DNA of 64,000 nucleotides from NCBI RefSeq assembly GCF_003334405.1, contig NZ_QOWM01000006.1; one strand, written 5' to 3'. Of the stretch, positions 53,959 through 64,000 are shown one piece after another. Made by a program: the position numbers and the translations under genes. This stretch comes from Escherichia coli. Lineage in GTDB: Bacteria > Pseudomonadota > Gammaproteobacteria > Enterobacterales > Enterobacteriaceae. Within the stretch, counting starts at the first letter, position 1, and every line of letters begins with the position of its first letter. The notes under the pieces are model-generated. The model made no database searches and was not told the DNA's origin. It was given only the letters and a program-made list of their open reading frames with translations.

Positions 53959-54312
53959 AATTCGGATCTCAAGGAAATCGCAATGGTCGGCGAACTGCCA
54001 CCCGCAGGTGCTGTGAATCCGAGTATAAAGAGGCGGTAGTTTAAATTTTGACTAATCTTGGGATTCGTTGAGAAAGGTGATTATCACCATGCGAATTAAC
54101 GAAGTTTTTACGGAGGGAAACAATCTCTAGACCATCCTTAACGATTCAGCCACTTTTTTATGTTGCTTTTTTGTAAACAGATTAACACCTCGTCAAAATC
54201 CTGCTATTCTGCCCGTTGCGGTACTGGGCATTTACCCTACAAACTGCTGTCTCACAGGAGCGTGAAGAGAATCGCCTGCCGCACTATGACAATGAGAGCG
54301 AGGAGAACCGTC

Positions 54313-56910
54313 GTGCTAGAAGAATACCGTAAGCACGTAGCTGAGCGTGCCGCTGAGGGGATTGCGCCCAAACCCCTGGATGCAAACCAAATGGCCGCAC
54401 TTGTAGAGCTGCTGAAAAACCCGCCCGCGGGCGAAGAAGAATTCCTGTTAGATCTGTTAACCAACCGTGTTCCCCCAGGCGTCGATGAAGCCGCCTATGT
54501 CAAAGCAGGCTTCCTGGCTGCTATCGCGAAAGGCGAAGCCAAATCCCCTCTGCTGACTCCGGAAAAAGCCATCGAACTGCTGGGCACCATGCAGGGTGGT
54601 TACAACATTCATCCGCTGATCGACGCGCTGGATGATGCCAAACTGGCACCTATTGCTGCCAAAGCACTTTCTCACACGCTGCTGATGTTCGATAACTTCT
54701 ATGACGTAGAAGAGAAAGCGAAAGCAGGCAACGAATATGCGAAGCAGGTTATGCAGTCCTGGGCGGATGCCGAATGGTTCCTGAATCGCCCGGCGCTGGC
54801 TGAAAAACTGACCGTTACTGTCTTCAAAGTCACTGGCGAAACTAACACCGATGACCTTTCTCCGGCACCGGATGCGTGGTCACGCCCGGATATCCCACTG
54901 CACGCGCTGGCGATGCTGAAAAACGCCCGTGAAGGTATTGAGCCAGACCAGCCTGGTGTTGTTGGTCCGATCAAGCAAATCGAAGCTCTGCAACAGAAAG
55001 GTTTCCCGCTGGCGTACGTCGGTGACGTTGTGGGTACGGGTTCTTCGCGTAAATCCGCCACTAACTCCGTTCTGTGGTTTATGGGCGATGATATTCCACA
55101 TGTGCCGAACAAACGCGGCGGTGGTTTGTGCCTCGGCGGTAAAATTGCACCCATCTTCTTTAACACGATGGAAGACGCGGGTGCACTGCCAATCGAAGTC
55201 GACGTCTCTAACCTGAACATGGGCGACGTGATTGACGTTTACCCGTACAAAGGTGAAGTGCGTAACCACGAAACCGGCGAACTGCTGGCGACCTTCGAAC
55301 TGAAAACCGACGTGCTGATTGATGAAGTGCGTGCTGGTGGCCGTATTCCGCTGATTATCGGGCGTGGCCTGACCACCAAAGCGCGTGAAGCACTTGGTCT
55401 GCCGCACAGTGATGTGTTCCGTCAGGCGAAAGATGTCGCTGAGAGCGATCGCGGCTTCTCGCTGGCGCAAAAAATGGTAGGCCGTGCCTGTGGCGTGAAA
55501 GGCATTCGTCCGGGCGCGTACTGTGAACCGAAAATGACTTCTGTAGGTTCCCAGGACACCACCGGCCCGATGACCCGTGATGAACTGAAAGACCTGGCGT
55601 GCCTGGGCTTCTCGGCTGACCTGGTGATGCAGTCTTTCTGCCACACCGCGGCGTATCCGAAGCCAGTTGACGTGAACACGCACCACACGCTGCCGGACTT
55701 CATTATGAACCGTGGCGGTGTGTCGCTGCGTCCGGGTGACGGCGTCATTCACTCCTGGCTGAACCGTATGCTGCTGCCGGATACCGTCGGTACCGGTGGT
55801 GACTCCCATACCCGTTTCCCGATCGGTATCTCTTTCCCGGCGGGTTCTGGTCTGGTGGCGTTTGCTGCCGCAACTGGCGTAATGCCGCTTGATATGCCGG
55901 AATCCGTTCTGGTGCGCTTCAAAGGCAAAATGCAGCCGGGCATCACCCTGCGCGATCTGGTACACGCTATTCCGCTGTATGCGATCAAACAAGGTCTGCT
56001 GACCGTTGAGAAGAAAGGCAAGAAAAACATCTTCTCTGGCCGCATCCTGGAAATTGAAGGTCTGCCGGATCTGAAAGTTGAGCAGGCCTTTGAGCTAACC
56101 GATGCGTCCGCCGAGCGTTCTGCCGCTGGTTGTACCATCAAGCTGAACAAAGAACCGATCATCGAATACCTGAACTCTAACATCGTCCTGCTGAAGTGGA
56201 TGATCGCGGAAGGTTACGGCGATCGTCGTACCCTGGAACGTCGTATTCAGGGCATGGAAAAATGGCTGGCGAATCCTGAGCTGCTGGAAGCCGATGCAGA
56301 TGCGGAATACGCGGCAGTGATCGACATCGATCTGGCGGATATTAAAGAGCCAATCCTGTGTGCTCCGAACGACCCGGATGACGCGCGTCCGCTGTCTGCG
56401 GTACAGGGTGAGAAGATCGACGAAGTGTTTATCGGTTCCTGCATGACCAACATCGGTCACTTCCGTGCTGCGGGTAAACTGCTGGATGCGCATAAAGGTC
56501 AGTTGCCGACCCGCCTGTGGGTGGCACCGCCAACCCGTATGGACGCCGCACAGTTGACCGAAGAAGGCTACTACAGCGTCTTCGGTAAGAGTGGTGCGCG
56601 TATCGAGATCCCTGGCTGTTCCCTGTGTATGGGTAACCAGGCGCGTGTGGCGGACGGTGCAACGGTGGTTTCCACCTCTACCCGTAACTTCCCGAACCGT
56701 CTGGGTACTGGCGCGAATGTCTTCCTGGCTTCTGCGGAACTGGCGGCTGTTGCGGCGCTGATTGGCAAACTGCCGACGCCGGAAGAGTACCAGACCTACG
56801 TGGCGCAGGTAGATAAAACAGCCGTTGATACTTACCGTTATCTGAACTTCAACCAGCTTTCTCAGTACACCGAGAAAGCCGATGGGGTGATTTTCCAGAC
56901 TGCGGTTTAA
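54313..56910 (+). CDS. acnB: Aconitate hydratase B / 2-methylisocitrate dehydratase, 865 aa
   Basis: GTG start at 54313 preceded by RBS aggagaacc; protein [26 protein letters not shown]...; the track frame extends 51 codons upstream with no RBS. Confidence 0.96.
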   Translation: MLEEYRKHVAERAAEGIAPKPLDANQMAALVELLKNPPAGEEEFLLDLLTNRVPPGVDEAAYVKAGFLAAIAKGEAKSPLLTPEKAIELLGTMQGGYNIHPLIDALDDAKLAPIAAKALSHTLLMFDNFYDVEEKAKAGNEYAKQVMQSWADAEWFLNRPALAEKLTVTVFKVTGETNTDDLSPAPDAWSRPDIPLHALAMLKNAREGIEPDQPGVVGPIKQIEALQQKGFPLAYVGDVVGTGSSRKSATNSVLWFMGDDIPHVPNKRGGGLCLGGKIAPIFFNTMEDAGALPIEVDVSNLNMGDVIDVYPYKGEVRNHETGELLATFELKTDVLIDEVRAGGRIPLIIGRGLTTKAREALGLPHSDVFRQAKDVAESDRGFSLAQKMVGRACGVKGIRPGAYCEPKMTSVGSQDTTGPMTRDELKDLACLGFSADLVMQSFCHTAAYPKPVDVNTHHTLPDFIMNRGGVSLRPGDGVIHSWLNRMLLPDTVGTGGDSHTRFPIGISFPAGSGLVAFAAATGVMPLDMPESVLVRFKGKMQPGITLRDLVHAIPLYAIKQGLLTVEKKGKKNIFSGRILEIEGLPDLKVEQAFELTDASAERSAAGCTIKLNKEPIIEYLNSNIVLLKWMIAEGYGDRRTLERRIQGMEKWLANPELLEADADAEYAAVIDIDLADIKEPILCAPNDPDDARPLSAVQGEKIDEVFIGSCMTNIGHFRAAGKLLDAHKGQLPTRLWVAPPTRMDAAQLTEEGYYSVFGKSGARIEIPGCSLCMGNQARVADGATVVSTSTRNFPNRLGTGANVFLASAELAAVAALIGKLPTPEEYQTYVAQVDKTAVDTYRYLNFNQLSQYTEKADGVIFQTAV

Positions 56911-56944
56911 AAAGTCAGCGCACGCGCTGCGCATAAACGACACA

Positions 56945-56978
56945 ATGCCCGGTGAATGAGATTCCCGGGCATTTTTTA
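56945..56978 (+). terminator. Rho-independent terminator after acnB
   Basis: gcccggtgaatgagattcccgggc followed by attttttatt. Confidence 0.8.
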
Positions 56979-57084
56979 TTTCTAAACCATCGCCGTTCCG
57001 CTGTTTTTCTCCGGTAAGGCTGCGATAATTACATCAATGGCGCAATGCGATTTCGGTGCATTGCCGGGAGCAGAGGAACACACT

Positions 57085-57447
57085 ATGGATTACGAATTTC
57101 TGCGCGATATTACCGGAGTGGTAAAGGTGCGTATGTCCATGGGGCATGAAGTGGTCGGGCACTGGTTTAATGAAGAGGTGAAAGAAAACCTGGCCTTGCT
57201 TGATGAAGTGGAACAAGCAGCGCACGCACTGAAAGGTAGCGAACGGTCCTGGCAACGGGCAGGGCATGAATACACCCTGTGGATGGACGGTGAAGAGGTG
57301 ATGGTTCGCGCCAATCAACTGGAATTCGCTGGCGATGAAATGGAAGAGGGGATGAACTACTACGACGAAGAAAGCCTGTCGCTATGCGGCGTTGAGGATT
57401 TTCTGCAGGTCGTGGCGGCTTACCGCAATTTCGTGCAGCAGAAGTAA
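57085..57447 (+). CDS. yacL: UPF0231-family protein YacL, 120 aa
   Basis: Acidic 120-aa [39 protein letters not shown]...; the track frame is 16 codons longer. Confidence 0.9.
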
Positions 57448-57453
57448 ATAAAT

Positions 57454-57479
57454 CTGGCGGAGCCTGGGAGCTCCGCCAG
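57454..57479. terminator. Hairpin between convergent yacL and speD
   Basis: ctggcggagcctgggagctccgccag, a perfect 11-bp-arm inverted repeat. Confidence 0.6.
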
Positions 57480-57484
57480 AGCCG

Positions 57485-58279
57485 TTAAACAGCTGGCATA
57501 TTGCGCCCGTAATAAATCTCGCGCATTTCTTTCCACAGCGCAGCGGTAATTTCCTGGCGCTCGCTGTCGGTTAAGTCTTCCGGTTTGGTGTGGAACATGT
57601 AGTGCTTAAGGTCGAACTCTTTAAGCAACATCTTGGTATGGAAGATATTTTCCTGATAGACGTTCACATCCACCATGTCATACAGCGCCTTCATATCGTC
57701 AGACATAAAGTTCTGAATCGAATTAATCTCATGGTCGATAAAGTGCTTCATACCGTTAATGTCGCGGGTAAAACCGCGCACGCGATAATCAATGGTTACG
57801 ATATCGGACTCAAGCTGGTGGATCAGGTAATTCAGCGCCTTCAGCGGAGAAATCACGCCGCAGGTAGAGACTTCAATATCGGCGCGGAAGGTACATAAAC
57901 CGCCTTCAGGATGACTTTCCGGGTAGGTATGTACGCAAATATGACTTTTATCAAGATGGGCAACGACCGTTTCTGGCAGTGGGCCGGGGTGTTCTGTTTT
58001 GTCGATGAGTTTCGGGTCAACCGGTTCTTCACTCACCAGAATAGTGACGCTGGCACCCTGTGGTTCGTAATCCTGGCGGGCGATGTTAAGAATATTAGCC
58101 CCGATAATGGAACAGGTTTCTGACAGGATTTCGGTCAGACGGTTGGCATTATAGAGTTCATCGATATAAGCAATATAACCGTCGCGCTCTTCGGCAGTTT
58201 TGGCGTAGCAGATATCGTAAATACAAAAACTCAGACTTTTGGTCAGATTATTAAAGCCATGCAGTTTCAGTTTTTTCAA
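57485..58279 (-). CDS. speD: S-adenosylmethionine decarboxylase proenzyme, 264 aa
   Basis: 264-aa [38 protein letters not shown]... Confidence 0.96.
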
Positions 58280-58294
58280 TTTCTTATCTTCTCC

Positions 58295-59161
58295 TTAGGA
58301 CGGCTGTGAAGCCAGTGCGTCTTGCAGATACTGAGGTAAGGCAAAAGCTGCCGTATGGATTGCCGGATTGTAATAACGGCATTTCAGGCCAGAGGCGAGA
58401 AAACGCGCCTGAATAATTTCGGTTGAGAGATGGCGTAAGGCGTCGTTATCTGTCGCCCATGCAAAAGTCATGATACCGCCGTAATAGGTCGGGATCGCCG
58501 CCTGATAAAAGCCAACGTCGCTGAAGTAATGGCTGAGTTTGCGATGGCTGTCGATGGCTTCTTCCTGCTGTAAAAAGCAGACGCCGTTTTGTGCGACGAA
58601 GATACCGCCAGGATTCAGGCAACGTTTGCAGCCTTCATAAAATGCCGAAGTGAAAAGGCTTTCGCCGGGACCGATAGGATCGGTGCAGTCGGAGATAATG
58701 ACATCAAAGGTCTGGCTGGTTTGATTAACGAAATTGACGCCATCGTCGATCACCAGCTTAAAGCGCGGATCGTCGTAGCTACCGGCGTTATGGTTGGGTA
58801 GATACTGACGGCAGAACGATACGACACCCGCATCGATTTCCACCATCGTGATTGACTCAACGTTTTTATGTCGGGTTACTTCACGCAGCATGGCACCGTC
58901 GCCGCCGCCGATAATCAGCACATGTTTCGCGTGACCATGGGCCAGTAGCGGAACATGGGTCATCATCTCATGATAGATAAACTCGTCGCGCTCGGTGGTT
59001 TGTACTACGCCATCCAGCGCCATTACGCGACCAAATGCAGCGTTCTCAAAAATGATCAGATCCTGGTGATCGGTCTTTTCATGATACAGAACGTTATCTA
59101 CCGCAAAGTACTGCCCAAACTGGTCGTGTAGCGTTTCATGCCACTGTTTTTTTTCGGCCAT
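58295..59161 (-). CDS. speE: Spermidine synthase, 288 aa
   Basis: 288-aa ORF with aminopropyltransferase motifs (IIGGGDG); upstream of speD in the same operon. Confidence 0.96.
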   Translation of the reverse strand: MAEKKQWHETLHDQFGQYFAVDNVLYHEKTDHQDLIIFENAAFGRVMALDGVVQTTERDEFIYHEMMTHVPLLAHGHAKHVLIIGGGDGAMLREVTRHKNVESITMVEIDAGVVSFCRQYLPNHNAGSYDDPRFKLVIDDGVNFVNQTSQTFDVIISDCTDPIGPGESLFTSAFYEGCKRCLNPGGIFVAQNGVCFLQQEEAIDSHRKLSHYFSDVGFYQAAIPTYYGGIMTFAWATDNDALRHLSTEIIQARFLASGLKCRYYNPAIHTAAFALPQYLQDALASQPS

Positions 59162-59266
59162 GGGTTGATACCTCCTTTGTTAACACCCGTAAAAAAAGGG
59201 CGCAACATAATAGCTAACATTGACCGCGGATGCACGGTCAATATTTCTACAAAAAGGTATCAGGGA

Positions 59267-59614
59267 TTATTTGACGTAGGCAAGCAGGCTTAAGGAATCG
59301 CGGGCCAGGGCTTTGCATTTTTTAGCGACGGGAATGCCAATGCCGCTGAGATCGCGGTAGCTGTCTTCACCGAGGGCTTTCATGTCGAAGGTGTCGTAAT
59401 TACTGAGGTCCCACTGGTTTTGCTGAGCGAAAAAGACCAGTGCGCGACGAATTTGCCCGTTAGGTAAGTTCTGGTAACCACAATCGTTCTTCAGAAAGAC
59501 AAAAACTGCCGTTAAATCGGCCATATCTTCGGCTTCAGACTCGCTGAGCGCGTAACTGTTTGCGCAGACGGCCATCAGGCTGCCGAATAACACTGTTCTG
59601 AAAAACGTCTTCAT
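59267..59614 (-). CDS. yacC: Uncharacterized periplasmic protein YacC, 115 aa
   Basis: ORF MKTFFRTVLFGSLMAVCANSYALSESEAEDMADL... with signal peptide; the track frame is 57 codons longer. Confidence 0.88.
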   Translation of the reverse strand: MKTFFRTVLFGSLMAVCANSYALSESEAEDMADLTAVFVFLKNDCGYQNLPNGQIRRALVFFAQQNQWDLSNYDTFDMKALGEDSYRDLSGIGIPVAKKCKALARDSLSLLAYVK

Positions 59615-59707
59615 TGCTTCTACCAGGGGCTTAAAGAAGATAAACGTTAGCACACTGCGAGCGAGGCGACGACCATTATTGTCGATTAAATTGTGTCTGC
59701 GGCTTGA

Positions 59708-59726
59708 CCTTCCCGTAAGGGGAAGG
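59708..59726 (+). promoter_or_regulatory. CueR (MerR-family) operator dyad within the cueO promoter
   Basis: CCTTCCCgtaaGGGGAAGG dyad between a -35 TTGACC (59704-59709) and a -10-like TATGCT (59729-59734) with 19-bp spacing typical of MerR-type promoters. Confidence 0.8.
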
Positions 59727-59779
59727 ACTATGCTCAACGTTTGATTTTGTTTCGCCTGCTTAAGAATAAGGAAATAACT

Positions 59780-61330
59780 ATGCAACGTCGTGATTTCTTA
59801 AAATATTCCGTCGCGCTGGGTGTGGCTTCGGCTTTGCCGCTGTGGAGCCGCGCAGTATTTGCGGCAGAACGCCCAACGTTACCGATCCCTGATTTGCTCA
59901 CGACCGATGCCCGTAATCGCATTCAGTTAACTATTGGCGCAGGCCAGTCCACCTTTGGCGGGAAAACTGCAACTACCTGGGGCTATAACGGCAATCTGCT
60001 GGGGCCGGCGGTGAAATTACAGCGCGGCAAAGCGGTAACGGTTGATATCTACAACCAACTGACGGAAGAGACAACGTTGCACTGGCACGGGCTGGAAGTA
60101 CCGGGTGAAGTCGACGGCGGCCCGCAGGGAATTATTCCGCCAGGTGGCAAGCGCTCGGTGACGTTGAACGTTGATCAACCTGCCGCTACCTGCTGGTTCC
60201 ATCCGCATCAGCACGGCAAAACCGGGCGACAGGTGGCGATGGGGCTGGCTGGGCTGGTGGTGATTGAAGATGACGAGATCCTGAAATTAATGCTGCCAAA
60301 ACAGTGGGGTATCGATGATGTTCCGGTGATCGTTCAGGATAAGAAATTTAGCGCCGACGGGCAGATTGATTATCAACTGGATGTGATGACCGCCGCCGTG
60401 GGCTGGTTTGGCGATACGTTGCTGACCAACGGTGCAATCTACCCGCAACACGCTGCCCCGCGTGGTTGGCTGCGCCTGCGTTTGCTCAATGGCTGTAATG
60501 CCCGTTCGCTCAATTTCGCCACCAGCGACAATCGCCCGCTGTATGTGATTGCCAGCGACGGTGGTCTGCTACCTGAACCAGTGAAGGTGAGCGAACTGCC
60601 GGTGCTGATGGGCGAGCGTTTTGAAGTGCTGGTGGAGGTTAACGATAACAAACCCTTTGACCTGGTGACGCTGCCGGTCAGCCAGATGGGGATGGCGATT
60701 GCGCCGTTTGATAAGCCTCATCCGGTAATGCGGATTCAGCCGATTGCTATTAGTGCCTCCGGTGCTTTGCCAGACACATTAAGTAGCCTGCCTGCGTTAC
60801 CTTCGCTGGAAGGGCTGACGGTACGCAAGCTGCAACTCTCTATGGACCCGATGCTCGATATGATGGGGATGCAGATGCTAATGGAGAAATATGGCGATCA
60901 GGCGATGGCCGGGATGGATCACAGCCAGATGATGGGCCATATGGGGCACGGCAATATGAATCATATGAACCACGGCGGGAAGTTCGATTTCCACCATGCC
61001 AACAAAATCAACGGTCAGGCGTTTGATATGAACAAGCCGATGTTTGCGGCGGCGAAAGGGCAATACGAACGTTGGGTTATCTCTGGCGTGGGCGACATGA
61101 TGCTGCATCCGTTCCATATCCACGGCACGCAGTTCCGTATCTTGTCAGAAAATGGCAAACCGCCAGCGGCTCATCGCGCGGGCTGGAAAGATACCGTTAA
61201 GGTAGAAGGTAATGTCAGCGAAGTGCTGGTGAAGTTTAATCACGATGCACCGAAAGAACATGCTTATATGGCGCACTGCCATCTGCTGGAGCATGAAGAT
61301 ACGGGGATGATGTTAGGGTTTACGGTATAA
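59780..61330 (+). CDS. cueO: Multicopper oxidase CueO (Tat-exported), 516 aa
   Basis: [31 protein letters not shown]... (twin-arginine signal), copper-site motifs [13 protein letters not shown] and a Met-rich insert encoded at about 60842-60978; the track frame is 13 codons longer. Confidence 0.96.
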
Positions 61331-61395
61331 AAAGACCGTATTCGGAAATATGCCCGGATCTCTCCGGGCATTAAACTGATGACAAACGCAAATCT

Positions 61396-61425
61396 GCCTG
61401 ATGCGCTACGCTTATCAGGCCTACG
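61396..61425. repeat. REP element
   Basis: gcctgatgcgctacgcttatcaggcctacg. Confidence 0.8.
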
Positions 61426-61459
61426 CTAGCTGTGCAATCCATTGATTTTGCACAATTTT

Positions 61460-61500
61460 GTAGGCTGGATAAGGCGTTCACGCCGCATCCGGCATGAACA
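61460..61500. repeat. REP element
   Basis: gtaggctggataaggcgttcacgccgcatccggcatgaaca. Confidence 0.8.
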
Positions 61501-61531
61501 ACGCGCACGTTGTCAGCAATCTGAGCAAGTC

Positions 61532-63922
61532 TTACTTCACATCATCCGGCAGCGCATAAGCCACAATATAGTCGCCCATCTTCGTACCAAATGAACCGTG
61601 ACCGCCTGCGGAGATCACCACATACTGCTTACCATTCACTTCATAGGTCATTGGCGTAGCCTGACCACCCGCTGGTAAACGACCCTGCCACAGTTTTTCA
61701 CCGTTGCTCATGTTGTAAGCGCGCAGGTAGTTATCTGCCGTAGCGGCGATAAACAGCACGTTACCCGCCGTGGAGATTGGCCCGCCCAGCATCGGCATAC
61801 CCATATTGAACGGCACCGGAACCGGCATCGGGAACGGCATACTGTCCTGCGGCGTACCAATACGTTTCTTCCACACCACTTCATTAGTTTTCAGATCCAG
61901 CGCCGAGATATAACCCCATGCTGGCTGTTTACATGGCAGACCAAATGGTGAGAGGAACGGGTTGAGCGTGACACCATACGGTACACCGTACTGTGGCTGA
62001 ATGCCGGATTCCGTACCCGTGCCTTTGGCATCTTTCGGCTGCTCCATCGGGTTGCCAGGACCACGCGGGATCAGTTTCGAAACAAACGGCAGTGCCATTG
62101 GGTTGGCAATCGCCACTTCACGATTTGGATCAACGGAAATCCCGCCCCATTCGAACATCCCCAGGTTACCCGGGAAGACCAGCGTACCCTGTTCAGATGG
62201 CGGGGTGAAAATGCCTTCATAGCGCATCTGGTGGAACATCACGCGGCACACCAGTTGGTCAAACATGGTGGCTCCCCACATATCCGCACCGCTCAAATCT
62301 TTCGTCGGACGGAAGCTCAGTTCAGAAAACGGTTGAGTTGGGGTTACGTAATCGCCTTTCGCTGCACCTTGGGGAACCGGTTTTTCCGGTGCCGGAACCA
62401 CCAGTTCGCCATTACGACGATCGAGCACAAAAATGTTGCCGGTTTTCGCCGGAGCGTAAATAACTGGCACTTTCTGACCATTAACGGTGATGTCCGCCAG
62501 CGTCGGCTGTGCCGGAAGATCCATGTCCCACAGGTCGTGGTGAACGGTCTGGTAGCTCCACGCCAGTTTCCCGGTAGTGGCATTCAGCGCCAGAATCGAG
62601 CTGGCATAACGTTCCTGTTCCGGTGTGCGGTTACCGCCCCAGATATCCGGCGTGGTCACGCCCATCGGCAGATAGACCAGATCCAGCTTCGCGTCATAGG
62701 CCGCTGGTGCCCAGGAGTTTGGCGAGTTAAAGGTAAAGGTGTGTTCGTCAGACGGGATTGCGTTCGGATCTTTCGCGCCGGGATCAAAAGCCCACAGCAG
62801 CTCCCCGGTGTTGACATCAAAACCACGGATCACGCCAGACGTTTCGCGGGTTGAGAAGTTATCGGTAACTGAACCGGCCATCACGATGGTTTTATCGGTG
62901 ATAATCGGTGGCGAAGTCGGTTCATACAGACCCGGTTTGGTGTCTGGCATATTGCTTTGCAGATTGAGCACGCCTTTATTGGCGAAGGTTTCGCACAGTT
63001 TGCCGTTTTCAGCGTTAATCGCAATCAGTCGACCATCATTGACCGGAAGAATGATACGACGCGGGCAATCCGCCATCACTTCCGGCGAAGCGGTTTCTGC
63101 TTTGGCTTCATGATAAGAGACACCACGGCAGGTTACGTGCTGGAAAGACTCGTTGGTTTTCAGCTCAGGATCGTAATGCCATTTCTCTTTGCCGCTGGCG
63201 GCATCAAGCGCAAACAGGCGCTGGTGAGCGGTACACAGGTAAAGGGTGTCGCCCACTTTAATCGGCGTCACTTCATTGGTGATTTCACCCGGATCGTTCG
63301 GCTGCTTCACATCGCCAGTACGGAACACCCAGGCTTCTTTCAGATTATGGACGTTATCGGCGTTAATTTGTTTCAGCGGCGAAAAGCGTTGACCTTCCTG
63401 ATTACGACCATAGGCAGGCCAGTCCTGATCGGCTACGGGGGAGATAGCTTCAGCAGGTGTGGCATCGGCGCTTAAGGTGCCGTTGATCTCCTGCGGATCG
63501 TTAAATCCGGCCCAGGTCAGGATACCACCGCTAATCAGCAGTGCGACCACCAGTGCGGCAACTGCGCCGCTGGCAGGAATGACCAGGCGACGCCAGACAA
63601 ACGGCAGGATCAGCCAGATGCCGAAGAAGACCAGAATGTCGCTGCGCGGAGTCAGCGCCCAGAAGTCGAAACCAACTTCCCAGACGCCCCAAATCATGGT
63701 GCCGAGCAGCAGGGCTGCGTATAGCCAAAGCGCGGCGCGTTTACTGCGCCACAGCATCCAGGCGACGCCGAGCATCACAAGGCCAGCGATAGGGTAGTAC
63801 CAGGAGCCGCCAATCGCGACCAGCCAGCCTCCGCCAATGAGTAGATACAGCCCGCAAAGCGCTGCAAAAAGGGCTGTTAGCGTGACGAGTAATCGTCGCG
63901 AGCCTGTATTGTTAATTGCCAT
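61532..63922 (-). CDS. gcd: PQQ-dependent membrane glucose dehydrogenase, 796 aa
   Basis: ORF MAINNTGSRRLLVTLTALFAALCGLYLLIGGG... with N-terminal TM segments and PQQ beta-propeller domain; an alternative in-frame ATG lies 6 codons upstream at 63940. Confidence 0.93.
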   Translation of the reverse strand: MAINNTGSRRLLVTLTALFAALCGLYLLIGGGWLVAIGGSWYYPIAGLVMLGVAWMLWRSKRAALWLYAALLLGTMIWGVWEVGFDFWALTPRSDILVFFGIWLILPFVWRRLVIPASGAVAALVVALLISGGILTWAGFNDPQEINGTLSADATPAEAISPVADQDWPAYGRNQEGQRFSPLKQINADNVHNLKEAWVFRTGDVKQPNDPGEITNEVTPIKVGDTLYLCTAHQRLFALDAASGKEKWHYDPELKTNESFQHVTCRGVSYHEAKAETASPEVMADCPRRIILPVNDGRLIAINAENGKLCETFANKGVLNLQSNMPDTKPGLYEPTSPPIITDKTIVMAGSVTDNFSTRETSGVIRGFDVNTGELLWAFDPGAKDPNAIPSDEHTFTFNSPNSWAPAAYDAKLDLVYLPMGVTTPDIWGGNRTPEQERYASSILALNATTGKLAWSYQTVHHDLWDMDLPAQPTLADITVNGQKVPVIYAPAKTGNIFVLDRRNGELVVPAPEKPVPQGAAKGDYVTPTQPFSELSFRPTKDLSGADMWGATMFDQLVCRVMFHQMRYEGIFTPPSEQGTLVFPGNLGMFEWGGISVDPNREVAIANPMALPFVSKLIPRGPGNPMEQPKDAKGTGTESGIQPQYGVPYGVTLNPFLSPFGLPCKQPAWGYISALDLKTNEVVWKKRIGTPQDSMPFPMPVPVPFNMGMPMLGGPISTAGNVLFIAATADNYLRAYNMSNGEKLWQGRLPAGGQATPMTYEVNGKQYVVISAGGHGSFGTKMGDYIVAYALPDDVK

Positions 63923-64000
63923 AAAGAGACACCATTTCAATTCATTAATATTTTAGTAGCAATTAATTATAGGTTTTAACATGTGTGATCGTCATCACAA

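Noticed and set aside
54160-54312. N-terminally extended frames in the ORF track for acnB (916 aa), leuO (373 aa), ilvI (604 aa), rsmH (356 aa), secM (221 aa), yacC (172 aa), lpd, pdhR, nadC, ampE, cueO, yacL and mraZ. The coordinates given for this entry are the acnB extension.
   Set aside because: The extensions lack Shine-Dalgarno sequences, overlap upstream genes or promoters, and are absent from the protein N-termini I recognise. Internal starts with proper RBS (for example aggagaacc before the acnB GTG at 54313) were used instead.

Overview
This 64-kb window reads as a contiguous stretch of enterobacterial core chromosome with the gene content and order I recognise from Escherichia coli K-12, and I see no novel or foreign system in it. 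In order: 3' end of the sgrS/sgrT sRNA locus, setA, leuDCBA-leuL (-), leuO, ilvIH, cra, the complete dcw cluster (mraZ-rsmH-ftsL-ftsI-murE-murF-mraY-murD-ftsW-murG-murC-ddlB-ftsQ-ftsA-ftsZ-lpxC), secM-secA-mutT, yacG-zapD-coaE (-), guaC, hofC-hofB-ppdD (-), nadC (-), ampD-ampE, aroP (-), pdhR-aceE-aceF-lpd, yacH (-), acnB, yacL, speD-speE-yacC (-), cueO and gcd (-). I call 53 protein-coding genes and 1 sRNA, plus terminators, REP elements and a few operator sites; I found no tRNA, rRNA, CRISPR array, IS element, integrase or prophage module. Gene sizes and intergenic spacings look canonical, so there is no sign of an inserted island, although base-level identity cannot be confirmed without an alignment. 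Where the supplied ORF track gave a longer frame, starts were trimmed to the start codon matching the protein N-terminus I recognise. The items most worth a second look are the poorly characterised repeat-bearing yacH, the 601-bp gene-free interval upstream of mraZ, the cryptic hofCB-ppdD type IV pilin genes, and a duplicated 11-mer in the aroP-pdhR intergenic region.
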